DNA of 40,232 nt from a virus (taxonomy: Duplodnaviria; Caudoviricetes), in IMG/VR virus record IMGVR_UViG_3300049034_000032, positions 1-40,232 of that record. One strand, 5' to 3'. Below the pieces are notes generated by a model that did no database searches, was not told the DNA's origin, and worked only from the letters and a program-made list of their open reading frames with translations. The position numbers and the translations under genes are program-made. Shown piece after piece: positions 8,030-16,415 of this stretch. Position 1 is the first letter of the stretch. The number at the start of each line of letters is the position of its first letter.

Positions 8030-9682
8030 ATGCTCATCACCATGCTGGCCGACCGCTTCGACGCGGGCGGTGTGCTGCGCGCCAAGGGCACGCAGGTCGA
8101 CGTCGCCACCGAGCTGGCGCTGCGCTGGATCGGCGACGGCGTCGCCTCCGCCGTCGGCACGTCGCGCGAGACGGCCCAGGGCATCCGCAAGGACGTGCCG
8201 GTGCTGCAGGACCGCATCAGCGGCACACAGATCGCGGGGGACTCCCCGGTGTCAGGGGCTGGGACCGGAAACACCTTCGTCGGCATGGGCCACAGCCGCA
8301 TCGCCCAGGCGTTCAACGGCAGCACCTTCCCCAACCTGAGCTTCGGCTATCCGACCATCATCACGCAGATGCTGGGCCAGCGGATCACCTGGCTGGCCTC
8401 CTATGCGGTGGTTGGAAATACCGTCGCTCAGGTCATCTCCACCCAGCTCCCACAGCTTCAGGCGCTCTCGACGAAGCCGGACTATGTGCTGATGGAGATC
8501 GGCTACAACGATTTCAGCGTCGGCGCGACGGCGGCGGCAGTGCAAGCTCAGTACGCCCAGCTGCTGACGGCAATCAACGGGCTCGGCATCAAGGTCGTTG
8601 CTGTCACCGACTCCCCGGGCACGACCCTGACGGCCTCTCAGCAGCTCCAGCAGCAGACGTTCAATGCCTGGCTGGTGGGTCAGGGTCGCGCAAACAAGAG
8701 CCTGATCGTCGTGGATGGCTACAGCTGCGTCGTCGGCACGGCCGCAGACGGTTCGGCCGGCGCCATGCACTCGACCATGAGGCAGTCGGACGGCATCCAC
8801 CATGCGCCGTCCGGCGCGATGGCTATTGCGCGCGAGCTGTTCACGGTGCTGGACCCGATCATCCCCAAGCGCAGCATCTTTGGAGCCGGCGCCAGCGCGG
8901 CGGCGCAGCTGGTCTACAACCCCAACGCCGACGGCGACAACGCCAGCGGCGCCAACGGCTGGACGGCCGGCGCGGGTGTTACCGGGAATGGCCCCAGCTA
9001 CTGGAACGCGGTCTGCGCGAATGCGACGGCGACCACATCTTCTGTCGCTCGCTCGGCAAGCTCCTACGCCCCACAGAACAAGACTGGCGCGCTTCTCAAT
9101 GTGGCGGCCAGCATCACGGCAAACGACGGCACCGTTACCGTCGTGCCGGCGACCACCACGAACATCAGGTTTATCCCGTTCGCCAACGGCGCGACGGTGC
9201 AGCTGGGCTACCGCGTCATGCCGACCGTGGACAACGGCGCCGGCTATGTGGTGACAACGGCCGGCACGCTCGGCGCAGCGGACGACTCGGCCACCTGGTC
9301 AACTACGCCGGGGGCCGTCGTGCAATCTGGCGCTGGCACCGCCCGCCTGACGGTCGTGGAGAAGATCGTCCCCGGTGACACGGTGGTATTTGTCGCAGAG
9401 GTTTTCGGCGCAGTCACAGGCGGCTCGGGCGGCGTCTACGCCCAGCTGGCCGCCTTCACCTCGGCGTTCGGCAACCTCGGCTCGACCTACGGTGGGCGCC
9501 TCAACATCGGCACCTACGGCCCGAACGCCGGCTATATGCCGCCGTCGATGGTGCTGCAAACGGCCCCGTTCACGCTGCCGACCAACACCGGGATCGTGCA
9601 GCCGCAGGTCGTCATCAGCGGGACCAACGGAGCGGCGATCACGGCACAGATCGGCGCTTGCATGCTGCGCAAGGTCAGCTGA
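8030..9682 (+). CDS. SGNH/GDSL hydrolase with a putative virion-anchoring N-terminus and carbohydrate-binding-like C-terminal domains
   Basis: AGGAG RBS; SGNH blocks GMGHS, VVGNT, IGYND, DGIHH; beta-rich Gly/Thr/Ala C-terminus including a PTVDNGAGYVVTTAGT...W module. Confidence 0.85.
   Translation: MLITMLADRFDAGGVLRAKGTQVDVATELALRWIGDGVASAVGTSRETAQGIRKDVPVLQDRISGTQIAGDSPVSGAGTGNTFVGMGHSRIAQAFNGSTFPNLSFGYPTIITQMLGQRITWLASYAVVGNTVAQVISTQLPQLQALSTKPDYVLMEIGYNDFSVGATAAAVQAQYAQLLTAINGLGIKVVAVTDSPGTTLTASQQLQQQTFNAWLVGQGRANKSLIVVDGYSCVVGTAADGSAGAMHSTMRQSDGIHHAPSGAMAIARELFTVLDPIIPKRSIFGAGASAAAQLVYNPNADGDNASGANGWTAGAGVTGNGPSYWNAVCANATATTSSVARSASSYAPQNKTGALLNVAASITANDGTVTVVPATTTNIRFIPFANGATVQLGYRVMPTVDNGAGYVVTTAGTLGAADDSATWSTTPGAVVQSGAGTARLTVVEKIVPGDTVVFVAEVFGAVTGGSGGVYAQLAAFTSAFGNLGSTYGGRLNIGTYGPNAGYMPPSMVLQTAPFTLPTNTGIVQPQVVISGTNGAAITAQIGACMLRKVS
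8238..8264 (+). other. Putative recombination core site L: GGGACTCCCC-[GGTGTCA]-GGGGCTGGGA
   Basis: CAGGGGCTGGGA (8253-8264) matches the inverted 9684-9695 at 11/12; lies at the anchor/SGNH domain boundary. Confidence 0.55.
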
Positions 9683-9683
9683 T

Positions 9684-9710
9684 TCCAAGCCCCTGCCGGT
9701 GCTGATAGGA
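9684..9710 (-). other. Putative recombination core site R: TCCAAGCCCC-[TGCCGGT]-GCTGATAGGA
   Basis: Begins 1 nt after the SGNH stop codon; imperfect dyad (6/10) around a 7-bp spacer; inverted relative to site L. Confidence 0.55.
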
Positions 9711-9716
9711 GCCCGC

Positions 9717-9902
9717 CTACTTGGCTGGCTTTTTCTTTTCCGGCACTGGCTCCCAGGCGTCTAGATAGGCCTCAAAGGCGGCTTTGCCGGCCAGGTCGAT
9801 CTTGGCCCAGTGGCGCGGCAGTAGCCGCTGCGAGCGGTGCACGCGGACCTCGGATACCGGCTTCGGAGGCCGGCCGCCTTTGTTCTTGGTGGCTGCAGTC
9901 AT
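9717..9902 (-). CDS. Small basic DNA-binding protein (AT-hook-like GGRPP, possibly ribbon-helix-helix)
   Basis: MTAATKNKGGRPPKPVSEVRVHRSQRLLPRHWAKID; divergent from the recombinase. Confidence 0.7.
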   Translation of the reverse strand: MTAATKNKGGRPPKPVSEVRVHRSQRLLPRHWAKIDLAGKAAFEAYLDAWEPVPEKKKPAK

Positions 9903-9905
9903 CAA

Positions 9906-9962
9906 GTTATTAGACCACGCAAACAGGGGGTTCGCTGTCCTTGGTTATCGTGGTCTCATAAC
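9906..9962. promoter_or_regulatory. Symmetric divergent promoter/operator region
   Basis: 14-bp inverted repeat GTTATTAGACCACG (9906-9919) / CGTGGTCTCATAAC (9949-9962), 1 mismatch; each arm ends 3 nt before an outward-facing ATG. Confidence 0.7.
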
Positions 9963-9985
9963 CGCATGACTACACAGTTAGCACC

Positions 9986-11086
9986 ATGACAGGCGGACAC
10001 CTTGCGGATGTGCTGGAGTCCATCGCCCATGCTATTCGAGCGCTGCCAGCAGGCGGCCAAGTGGCGCAGGTCTTTCCATCCATGCAGCCAGCGCCCGCGC
10101 CGCCGCCACCACCGCCATCTCCGTCGCAGCCAACGCCGCCGGTTGCGGCGGTCCCGATCGCGGTGCCCGCTGCCGCGGCGGTGCCTCAGGAACAGCAGAC
10201 CGACGGCGAATCGATGGCCGCATGGCTCGCGACCTACCGGACGATCCTCGGCGACCGCGGCTATGACCCGCAGACGATCCGCAACCGCTCCGCATCGGTG
10301 AAGTTCATCGAGTCCAGCTTGGGCGCGAGGCCGCTGCGTGGCATCAAGCCGCACGAGATCGCGTCGCTGCTGAAGACCTGCAGCCCGCACAAGGCGGTGA
10401 GGGTGCTCGGCGAACTGCGAGACGTCTACGTCGAGGCCATCGCCAACGGGGAGGCCGAAACAAGCCCTGCCGCCCACGTCAAGCCGCCCAGGGCACCAGG
10501 CCTGCGCAAACGGCTGACCCTGGAGACGTGGAACGACATGCTGCTGCTGGCCAGCGCAGGCACCGTCCCGTGGGTGCCGGCGATGCTGCTTCTCGCGCTG
10601 CACACCGGCCAGCGTCGCGCGGACCTTGCCAAGATGCGGTTCAGCGACGTGGTGGATGGGCACCTGCGCATCGAGCAGCAAAAGAAGGCCCGCAAGAAGA
10701 TCGGCGCGCGCGTGGCCATCCCGCTCAGCCTGCGCCTGGAGGCGACCGGGATGACACTTGGCGAAGTGATCGAGCTCTGCCGCGACATCGGCGCGCCGGG
10801 CGACACACTGCTGCGCCAGGCCAACGGCAGACCTATCGAGATGTCATCGCTCAGCGCGCGGTTCTGCGAACTGATCGTGCAGGTCGTGCCGCCTGATGCC
10901 TACGCTGAATACGAGCGCCCCAGCCTGCACGAGGCCCGGTCGCTCGCCGCGCGCACTTACATCGACGAGGGGATGGCTCCGGCCGTCGTGCAAACGCTGC
11001 TCGGGCACAAGAACGCGGAGATGACCAAGGTCTATCTTGACGACCGAGGACTTACGGCCGCCGAATGGAAGCACGTCTCCGCCTGA
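9986..11086 (+). CDS. Tyrosine recombinase, lambda-Int-like, lacking an arm-binding domain
   Basis: Catalytic set TGQRRAD, QQKK, LHEAR, LLGH, KVY; lambda-Int-like C-terminal tail YLDDRG...W; Pro-rich N-terminal linker. Confidence 0.93.
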   Translation: MTGGHLADVLESIAHAIRALPAGGQVAQVFPSMQPAPAPPPPPPSPSQPTPPVAAVPIAVPAAAAVPQEQQTDGESMAAWLATYRTILGDRGYDPQTIRNRSASVKFIESSLGARPLRGIKPHEIASLLKTCSPHKAVRVLGELRDVYVEAIANGEAETSPAAHVKPPRAPGLRKRLTLETWNDMLLLASAGTVPWVPAMLLLALHTGQRRADLAKMRFSDVVDGHLRIEQQKKARKKIGARVAIPLSLRLEATGMTLGEVIELCRDIGAPGDTLLRQANGRPIEMSSLSARFCELIVQVVPPDAYAEYERPSLHEARSLAARTYIDEGMAPAVVQTLLGHKNAEMTKVYLDDRGLTAAEWKHVSA

Positions 11087-11087
11087 G

Positions 11088-11138
11088 CGGAACAACTCGG
11101 CCCCCGCAGTTCCGCCCCCCTCAGCACGATGCCTCCCC
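11088..11138 (+). promoter_or_regulatory. Putative activator-dependent late promoter 2
   Basis: CGGAACAAC-N11-AGTTCCGCCCC-N20-ATG directly upstream of the portal gene. Confidence 0.75.
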
Positions 11139-12707
11139 ATGGCATCGCTGCTCACCAAGCTCGCAAACCGGCTGGGCCTTCACACCGAAGCCCAGGCGCG
11201 CTCGCGTGAGCTGACCGCCGGCCGCCGCGTGGCGGCCGTGGCCCAGGCCCAGCAGCGCAGCCTTCTGTCGGCGCTCACCACCAACGACGTGGCCAGCTGG
11301 CAGGCCGACGGCCAGCACATCAACGCCGATACCGAAGCCGGCCTGTCCGTCGCCATCGCCCGCAGCCGCGACGCCGCGCGCAACAACCCCTTCGCGCGCC
11401 GCTTCATCGGCATGGTCCGCCGCAATGTGCTGGGCCCGCACGGCGTGCGCCTGCAGATGCGCCTGCGCACCGAAGCGGGCCTCAAGGCCGGGGTGAACGA
11501 GACCCTCGAAGGCGCCTACCTCGCCTGGGGCCGCAAGGGCGCCTGCGACGTGACGGGCCGCTGCACCCGCAAGGACCTCGACCGCCTGGCCCTGCGGCAC
11601 TGCATCGTCGACGGCTGTGTGTTCGCCCGCATCCTGTCGGGCCGTGGCCCGCACGGCATGCAGGTGCAGCTGCTGCCCGTCGACGTGCTGGCCCGCACGC
11701 ACCGCGCAGACCTGGCCGACGGCGTGCGCATCCGCCAGGGCGTCGAGATGGACGCGTTCGGCGCCGTGCGCGCCTACTGGCTGCGCGGCGTCGACGCCTC
11801 GGCGCTAGACACCTTCGCCACCGCGCGCAACTTCATCCGCGTGCCGGCCAGCGAGATGCTGCACCTGCAGTTGCCCGACGAGGTTCTGCAGCTGCTCGGC
11901 GTGCCCTGGATGCAGGCGGCCCTCAAGCCCATGTACCAGTCGGCCGACTTCGCCGCCTCCGGCCTCAACAAGGCCCGTGAGAGCGCCAAGCGCGGCGGCT
12001 TCTTCGAAGTGTCGCCCGACGCGGCGCCGCCCCCGCCCCTGGAAGACGGCAAGGCGCCCGACGGCACGCCCTTTCAGACGCTGCAGGACGGCACCTGGGA
12101 CCTGCTGCCACAGGGCCTCAAGGCCACGCCCTTCGAGAGCGACTACCCCAACATCGAATACGGCCAGTTCATCAAGGACTGCCTGCGCAACATTGCCAGT
12201 GCGCTCGAGGTCAGCTACATCAGCCTCGGCAACGACCTGAGCGACGTGAACTACAGCTCCGGTCAGCTCGGCCTGGGCGACGAGCGCACGCTGTGGCTCG
12301 AGCTGCAGCAGTGGTTCGTCGCGCACTGGACGCAGCCCATCTTTGAGCGCTGGCTCAGCCATGCGCTCGTGGCCGCGCCCGAGCTGGGCAGCCTCAGCTT
12401 CGCCCGCATCGAGGCCTACGTCGGGGCTGCGCGCTGGCAGCTGCACACCTGGCAGCCGCTGGACCCGCTCAAGACCATCGAAGCCCAGCGCAGCCGAATC
12501 GAGGCCGGCATCACCAGCCCGCAGCGCGTGATGGCCGAGAACGGCGACGACCCCGACGAGGTGCTCGCCGAGCGCCAAGAGTGGGCCGCCAAGGTCAAGA
12601 CCGCCGGCCTGGCCGAGCCGGCCGAGGCCGACCCCACCGCCGCCGCGGCCAAGGCCCGGCGCCTGCAACTCATCACCGGGGCCACGCAGGCCACCGGCAC
12701 GGAGTAA
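11139..12707 (+). CDS. Portal protein (lambda family)
   Basis: ARSRDAARNNP, QLLGVPW, DLSDVNYSS, LDPLK motifs. Confidence 0.93.
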   Translation: MASLLTKLANRLGLHTEAQARSRELTAGRRVAAVAQAQQRSLLSALTTNDVASWQADGQHINADTEAGLSVAIARSRDAARNNPFARRFIGMVRRNVLGPHGVRLQMRLRTEAGLKAGVNETLEGAYLAWGRKGACDVTGRCTRKDLDRLALRHCIVDGCVFARILSGRGPHGMQVQLLPVDVLARTHRADLADGVRIRQGVEMDAFGAVRAYWLRGVDASALDTFATARNFIRVPASEMLHLQLPDEVLQLLGVPWMQAALKPMYQSADFAASGLNKARESAKRGGFFEVSPDAAPPPPLEDGKAPDGTPFQTLQDGTWDLLPQGLKATPFESDYPNIEYGQFIKDCLRNIASALEVSYISLGNDLSDVNYSSGQLGLGDERTLWLELQQWFVAHWTQPIFERWLSHALVAAPELGSLSFARIEAYVGAARWQLHTWQPLDPLKTIEAQRSRIEAGITSPQRVMAENGDDPDEVLAERQEWAAKVKTAGLAEPAEADPTAAAAKARRLQLITGATQATGTE

Positions 12708-12711
12708 CCCC

Positions 12712-14676
12712 ATGCCTGCTGTCATTGAGCGCAACAGCCTGCCTGACAACGTCCGCAAGGCCCTCGCTGAGCCGCAGAAGCGCGCCATGGCCTACGAGCG
12801 CGGCGCCATCGACAAGGAAGCCCGCACCGTCGAACTCTGCTTCGCCAGTGACGCGCCTTATGAGCGCTGGTGGGGCGTGGAGATCCTCGATTGCACCGGC
12901 TCCGCCGTGAACCTCGAGCGCCTCAACAACCGCCACCCGCTGCTACTCGACCACAACACCCGCGATCAGATCGGCGTGGTGGAGAAGGCGTGGGTCGACA
13001 GCGACCGCAAGTGCCGCGCGATGGTGAAGTTCAGCCGCTCGGCGCGCGCCGAGGAAATCTTCCAGGACGTCCTCGACGGCATCCGCGAGCTCGTCTCGGT
13101 CGGCTACTCCATCGACGACATGGTGCTCGAAAGCCGCACCGACGACGACGCCACCTACCGCGTCACCGCCTGGACGCCCTACGAGGTGTCCATCGTTTCC
13201 ATCCCGGCCGACACCACCGTTGGGGTGGGCCGCTCCCTGGCCGCCGAGGCCGCAACCGCTCAACCCCAGGAGACCCGCATGAGCGACACCACCACCACCG
13301 CCCCGGCGCCCGCACCCGCGCCGGACATCCGCGTCATCGCCAGCCAGGCCGCCACGCAGGAACGCGAGCGCGCCAACGCCATCCGCGCCATGGGCCACGC
13401 CCACAGCCTGGCCGACGAGGCCGCCGCCGCCGTCGACAGCGGCGCCACCGTCGATGCCTTCCGCGAGCTGGTGCTCAAGAAGCTCGAGGAGCGCGGCAAG
13501 CTCAAGCCCGCCGTCAGCCCCGAACTGGGCCTCAGTGAGCGCGAACAGCAGCGCTTCAGCATCACGCGGCTGATGTACGCGCTGCTGGAGCCGAATGACA
13601 GTGACGCCCAGAAGCGCGCCGCCTTCGAAATCGAGTGCTCGGTGCAAGCCCGCAAGCTGCGCCCGCTGGACGAGAAGGGCGAGCACTACAGCCACCGCGC
13701 CTCCGGCTACACCGTGCCGGTGGACGTGCTGAAGGGCAGCATCGCCCGCGAAGCCAAGGTGGCCGAGGCCGTGCGCGCCATGCTGGCGCAGCGTGACCTG
13801 ACCGTCGGTACGCCGACCGCTGGCGGCAACCTGGTGGCCACCGACCTGCTGGCCGGCAGCTTTATCGACCTGCTGCGCAATCGCATGGTGCTGGCCCAGC
13901 TCGGCGCCACCGTGCTGGACGGCCTCACCGGCAACATCGCCATCCCGAGCCAGACGGCCGGCGCCAGCACCTACTGGGTGGCCGAAGGCGTGAACGTGAC
14001 CGAGAGCCAGGCCGCATTCGGTCAAGTCACGCTGACGCCGAAGACCGTGGGCATGTTCACGGACTTCTCGCGCAAGACGCTGTTGCAATCCACGCCCGCC
14101 ATCGAGGCGCTGGTGCGCGCCGACCTGGCCAACGGCATCGCGTGCGAGATCGACCGCGTTGGCCTGGCCGGCAGCGGTAGCGGCGCCGAGCCGCGCGGCG
14201 TGATCAACACCGCCGGCATCGGCGCGGTGGCGGGCGGCACCAACGGCGCCGCGCCGACCTATGCGCACATGGTGGCGCTGGAAGAGGCCGTCGCCATCGC
14301 CAACGCGGATGTCGGCAGCCTGCGCTTCTGCACCAACGCCAAGATGCGCGCCCAGCTGCGCCTCACCCAGGTCTTCGCGTCGACCAACGGTGCGCCCGTG
14401 TTCGACAACGACAAGATCATGGGCTACGAGACGGGCATCACCAACAGCATGCCCAGCACGCTGACCAAGGGCTCCGCAGCCGGGGTCTGCTCGGGCATCG
14501 CTTTCGGCAACTGGAGCGACCTGCTGATCGGCTTCTGGTCCGGCCTGGACCTGATCCTCGACCCCTATGCCCTGGCCACGGCCGGCGGCCGCCGCATCGT
14601 CGCGCTGCAGGACTGCGACACCGCCGCCCGCCGGGCCGCGAGCTTCGCGGCCATGTTGGACGCCCTGCGCACCTGA
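12712..14676 (+). CDS. Prohead protease / major capsid protein fusion (HK97 fold)
   Basis: Protease motifs LLLDHN, VSVGY, PYEVSIVSIPAD; capsid motifs GGNLVATD, YWVAEG, FGNWSDL. Confidence 0.93.
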   Translation: MPAVIERNSLPDNVRKALAEPQKRAMAYERGAIDKEARTVELCFASDAPYERWWGVEILDCTGSAVNLERLNNRHPLLLDHNTRDQIGVVEKAWVDSDRKCRAMVKFSRSARAEEIFQDVLDGIRELVSVGYSIDDMVLESRTDDDATYRVTAWTPYEVSIVSIPADTTVGVGRSLAAEAATAQPQETRMSDTTTTAPAPAPAPDIRVIASQAATQERERANAIRAMGHAHSLADEAAAAVDSGATVDAFRELVLKKLEERGKLKPAVSPELGLSEREQQRFSITRLMYALLEPNDSDAQKRAAFEIECSVQARKLRPLDEKGEHYSHRASGYTVPVDVLKGSIAREAKVAEAVRAMLAQRDLTVGTPTAGGNLVATDLLAGSFIDLLRNRMVLAQLGATVLDGLTGNIAIPSQTAGASTYWVAEGVNVTESQAAFGQVTLTPKTVGMFTDFSRKTLLQSTPAIEALVRADLANGIACEIDRVGLAGSGSGAEPRGVINTAGIGAVAGGTNGAAPTYAHMVALEEAVAIANADVGSLRFCTNAKMRAQLRLTQVFASTNGAPVFDNDKIMGYETGITNSMPSTLTKGSAAGVCSGIAFGNWSDLLIGFWSGLDLILDPYALATAGGRRIVALQDCDTAARRAASFAAMLDALRT

Positions 14677-14740
14677 CGCGCCGCCACCCGGCGCCGCCGC
14701 GTGCAGCGCCGGGTCTCGCTCACCTCACCGAGACCCCGCC

Positions 14741-15022
14741 ATGAAGATCCTCGTCACCCAAGACACCTTCGCCCCGTCGCTCGACGGCCCCACGTTCATC
14801 AGCGCCAACGAGGTCGTCGATATCGAGGTCGACCACGGCCACGGCATCGTCGTCGCCGGCAAGGCCCTCTACGTTGATCAGAAGGACGCCAAGGGCCGCC
14901 CGGCCCACCTGCTGGCCAGCGACAAGCGCCTCGAGGCCGCCGCCGAGGCGCGCGCTGCCGCGGCGGCTGCCGCCAAGGCAGCGGCCAAGAAGCCCGAGAA
15001 GGCCGACAAGGCCGAGGCCTGA
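14741..15022 (+). CDS. Small capsid-associated protein
   Basis: Directly downstream of the major capsid gene; MKILVTQD...VVDIE...IVVAGKA with an Ala/Lys-rich tail. Confidence 0.65.
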   Translation: MKILVTQDTFAPSLDGPTFISANEVVDIEVDHGHGIVVAGKALYVDQKDAKGRPAHLLASDKRLEAAAEARAAAAAAAKAAAKKPEKADKAEA

Positions 15023-15028
15023 CGCGCC

Positions 15029-15307
15029 ATGCCGTTCGACGACGACCTCGCCGCCATGCTCGCCGACGCCGGTGAGCCGCTCACGCTCAACGGGCAGCCC
15101 ATCCATGGGCTGTTCGATGTGCAAGGCGAGGTCGTCCTCGACGGCATGGTCACCACGGCCACCACGGCTGAAGTGCTGGCCGCCGACGCCGCTCAGCCCG
15201 ACCAAACCCTGGTGCGGGTCGGCAGCGGCGTCTCCTACATCGTGCGCCGCGTGCTGCCCCAGCCGCCCGACGGCGCGCTGCACCAGCTGGTGCTCGCCAA
15301 GGTCTGA
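15029..15307 (+). CDS. Head-tail joining protein (gpFII-like)
   Basis: Size (92 aa), position, C-terminal PDGALHQLVL pattern. Confidence 0.7.
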   Translation: MPFDDDLAAMLADAGEPLTLNGQPIHGLFDVQGEVVLDGMVTTATTAEVLAADAAQPDQTLVRVGSGVSYIVRRVLPQPPDGALHQLVLAKV

Positions 15308-15312
15308 CCGCC

Positions 15313-15753
15313 ATGCTCGCCGCCGCCCAAGTTCGTCAACTCGTCGCCCAACGCCTGCTGGCCGTGGCTCTCACCGCCGGCCGCGTGTTCGAGGGCCGCT
15401 ACCACCCGGCAGCGGAGAACGAACTGCCTTGCTGGTTCGTCTCCATCGAGCCCGGCGAGGACATCGAGACCGAAGGCATCAGCTGGCCCGGCCTCATGAC
15501 GCACCGCCTGCGCATCCGAGCCGACGGCTTTGCCGCCAGCACGCTCGACCTCGAGACCCAGCTCGACACGCTGCAGCTGCAAGGCCTGCAAGCCCTCTTT
15601 GCCACGCAGCCCCCGTTCTCGCTGCGCTGCGTTGGCACCCGCCGCCGCGCCGACGACGACGCCAACGGCGGCGCCCGTCTGGGCGCGCTGACCCTGCACC
15701 TCGAGGCCGTCTTCCATGGCGTCGAGGGTGAGCCCGAGACCCTCATCCCCTGA
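15313..15753 (+). CDS. Tail terminator-like protein
   Basis: Position before the tail tube; GRVFEGR...ELPC pattern. Confidence 0.65.
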   Translation: MLAAAQVRQLVAQRLLAVALTAGRVFEGRYHPAAENELPCWFVSIEPGEDIETEGISWPGLMTHRLRIRADGFAASTLDLETQLDTLQLQGLQALFATQPPFSLRCVGTRRRADDDANGGARLGALTLHLEAVFHGVEGEPETLIP

Positions 15754-15774
15754 CCCCATCACAGGAGCCCCACC

Positions 15775-16410
15775 ATGTCTTACAACACCCTCATCGGCGC
15801 GCAGTTCTTCCTGTCCACCACGCTGGAAGCCGCCAAGGCGGTCACCGCCATCAGCAACGCGGCGCCGCCCGTCGTCACCTCGGCCGCCCACGGCTACGCC
15901 AACAACGACGAGATCCTGCTGCTGAACAACTGGGACGACTTCAACGAGTCCGTCGTCCGCGCGTCGGCCGTGGCCGCCAACGTGTTCAGCATCGCCGGCT
16001 ACGACTCCACCAACACCGACTTCTACCCGCCGGCCAGCGCGGTGGGCAACGCCCAGAAGATCGCCGGCTGGACCAGCATCGGCCAGGTGCTCGGCGTCAC
16101 GCCCAGCGGCGGCGAGGCGAGCTTCGAAGAGGTCAAGCCCTTCGACCGCCGCAACGCCGTGAAGCTGTTCACCGGCTTCAGCGGCGCGAGCCTGGAACTC
16201 ACGCTCGGCTGGGACCGCTCGCGCGCGGACCAGCAGGCCATGCAGGCCGCCTCCCGTGTGGGCGGCAAGAAGGCCATCAAGTTCGTGCTGCCCGGCGGCA
16301 TCTACGCCTACGCGTACGGCACGGTCAGCGCCTCTTCGCTGCCGGTGTTCGAGTCGGTCATGAAGCAAAAGGTCGTCTTCACGATGGCCGGCGCCTTCAC
16401 CAGCTTCTGA
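15775..16410 (+). CDS. Major tail tube protein
   Basis: AGGAG RBS; AISNAAPPVVTSAAHG, WTSIGQV, SGGE motifs; position before the tail chaperones. Confidence 0.88.
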   Translation: MSYNTLIGAQFFLSTTLEAAKAVTAISNAAPPVVTSAAHGYANNDEILLLNNWDDFNESVVRASAVAANVFSIAGYDSTNTDFYPPASAVGNAQKIAGWTSIGQVLGVTPSGGEASFEEVKPFDRRNAVKLFTGFSGASLELTLGWDRSRADQQAMQAASRVGGKKAIKFVLPGGIYAYAYGTVSASSLPVFESVMKQKVVFTMAGAFTSF

Positions 16411-16415
16411 TCGCC

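Noticed and set aside
8253-9695. Classical shufflon or invertible segment with an alternative C-terminus
   Set aside because: Inversion would fuse the anchor to only ~50 antisense codons before a stop; no second allele is present and the spacers differ
7402-11118. Direct repeats at 7402 and 11088 as att sites for excision of the recombinase module
   Set aside because: Excision would delete the gpW-like adaptor gene, and the fixed spacing to downstream ATGs fits promoters better
14687-14714. Terminator after the major capsid gene
   Set aside because: GC hairpin without a U-tract; at most an mRNA-stabilising stem
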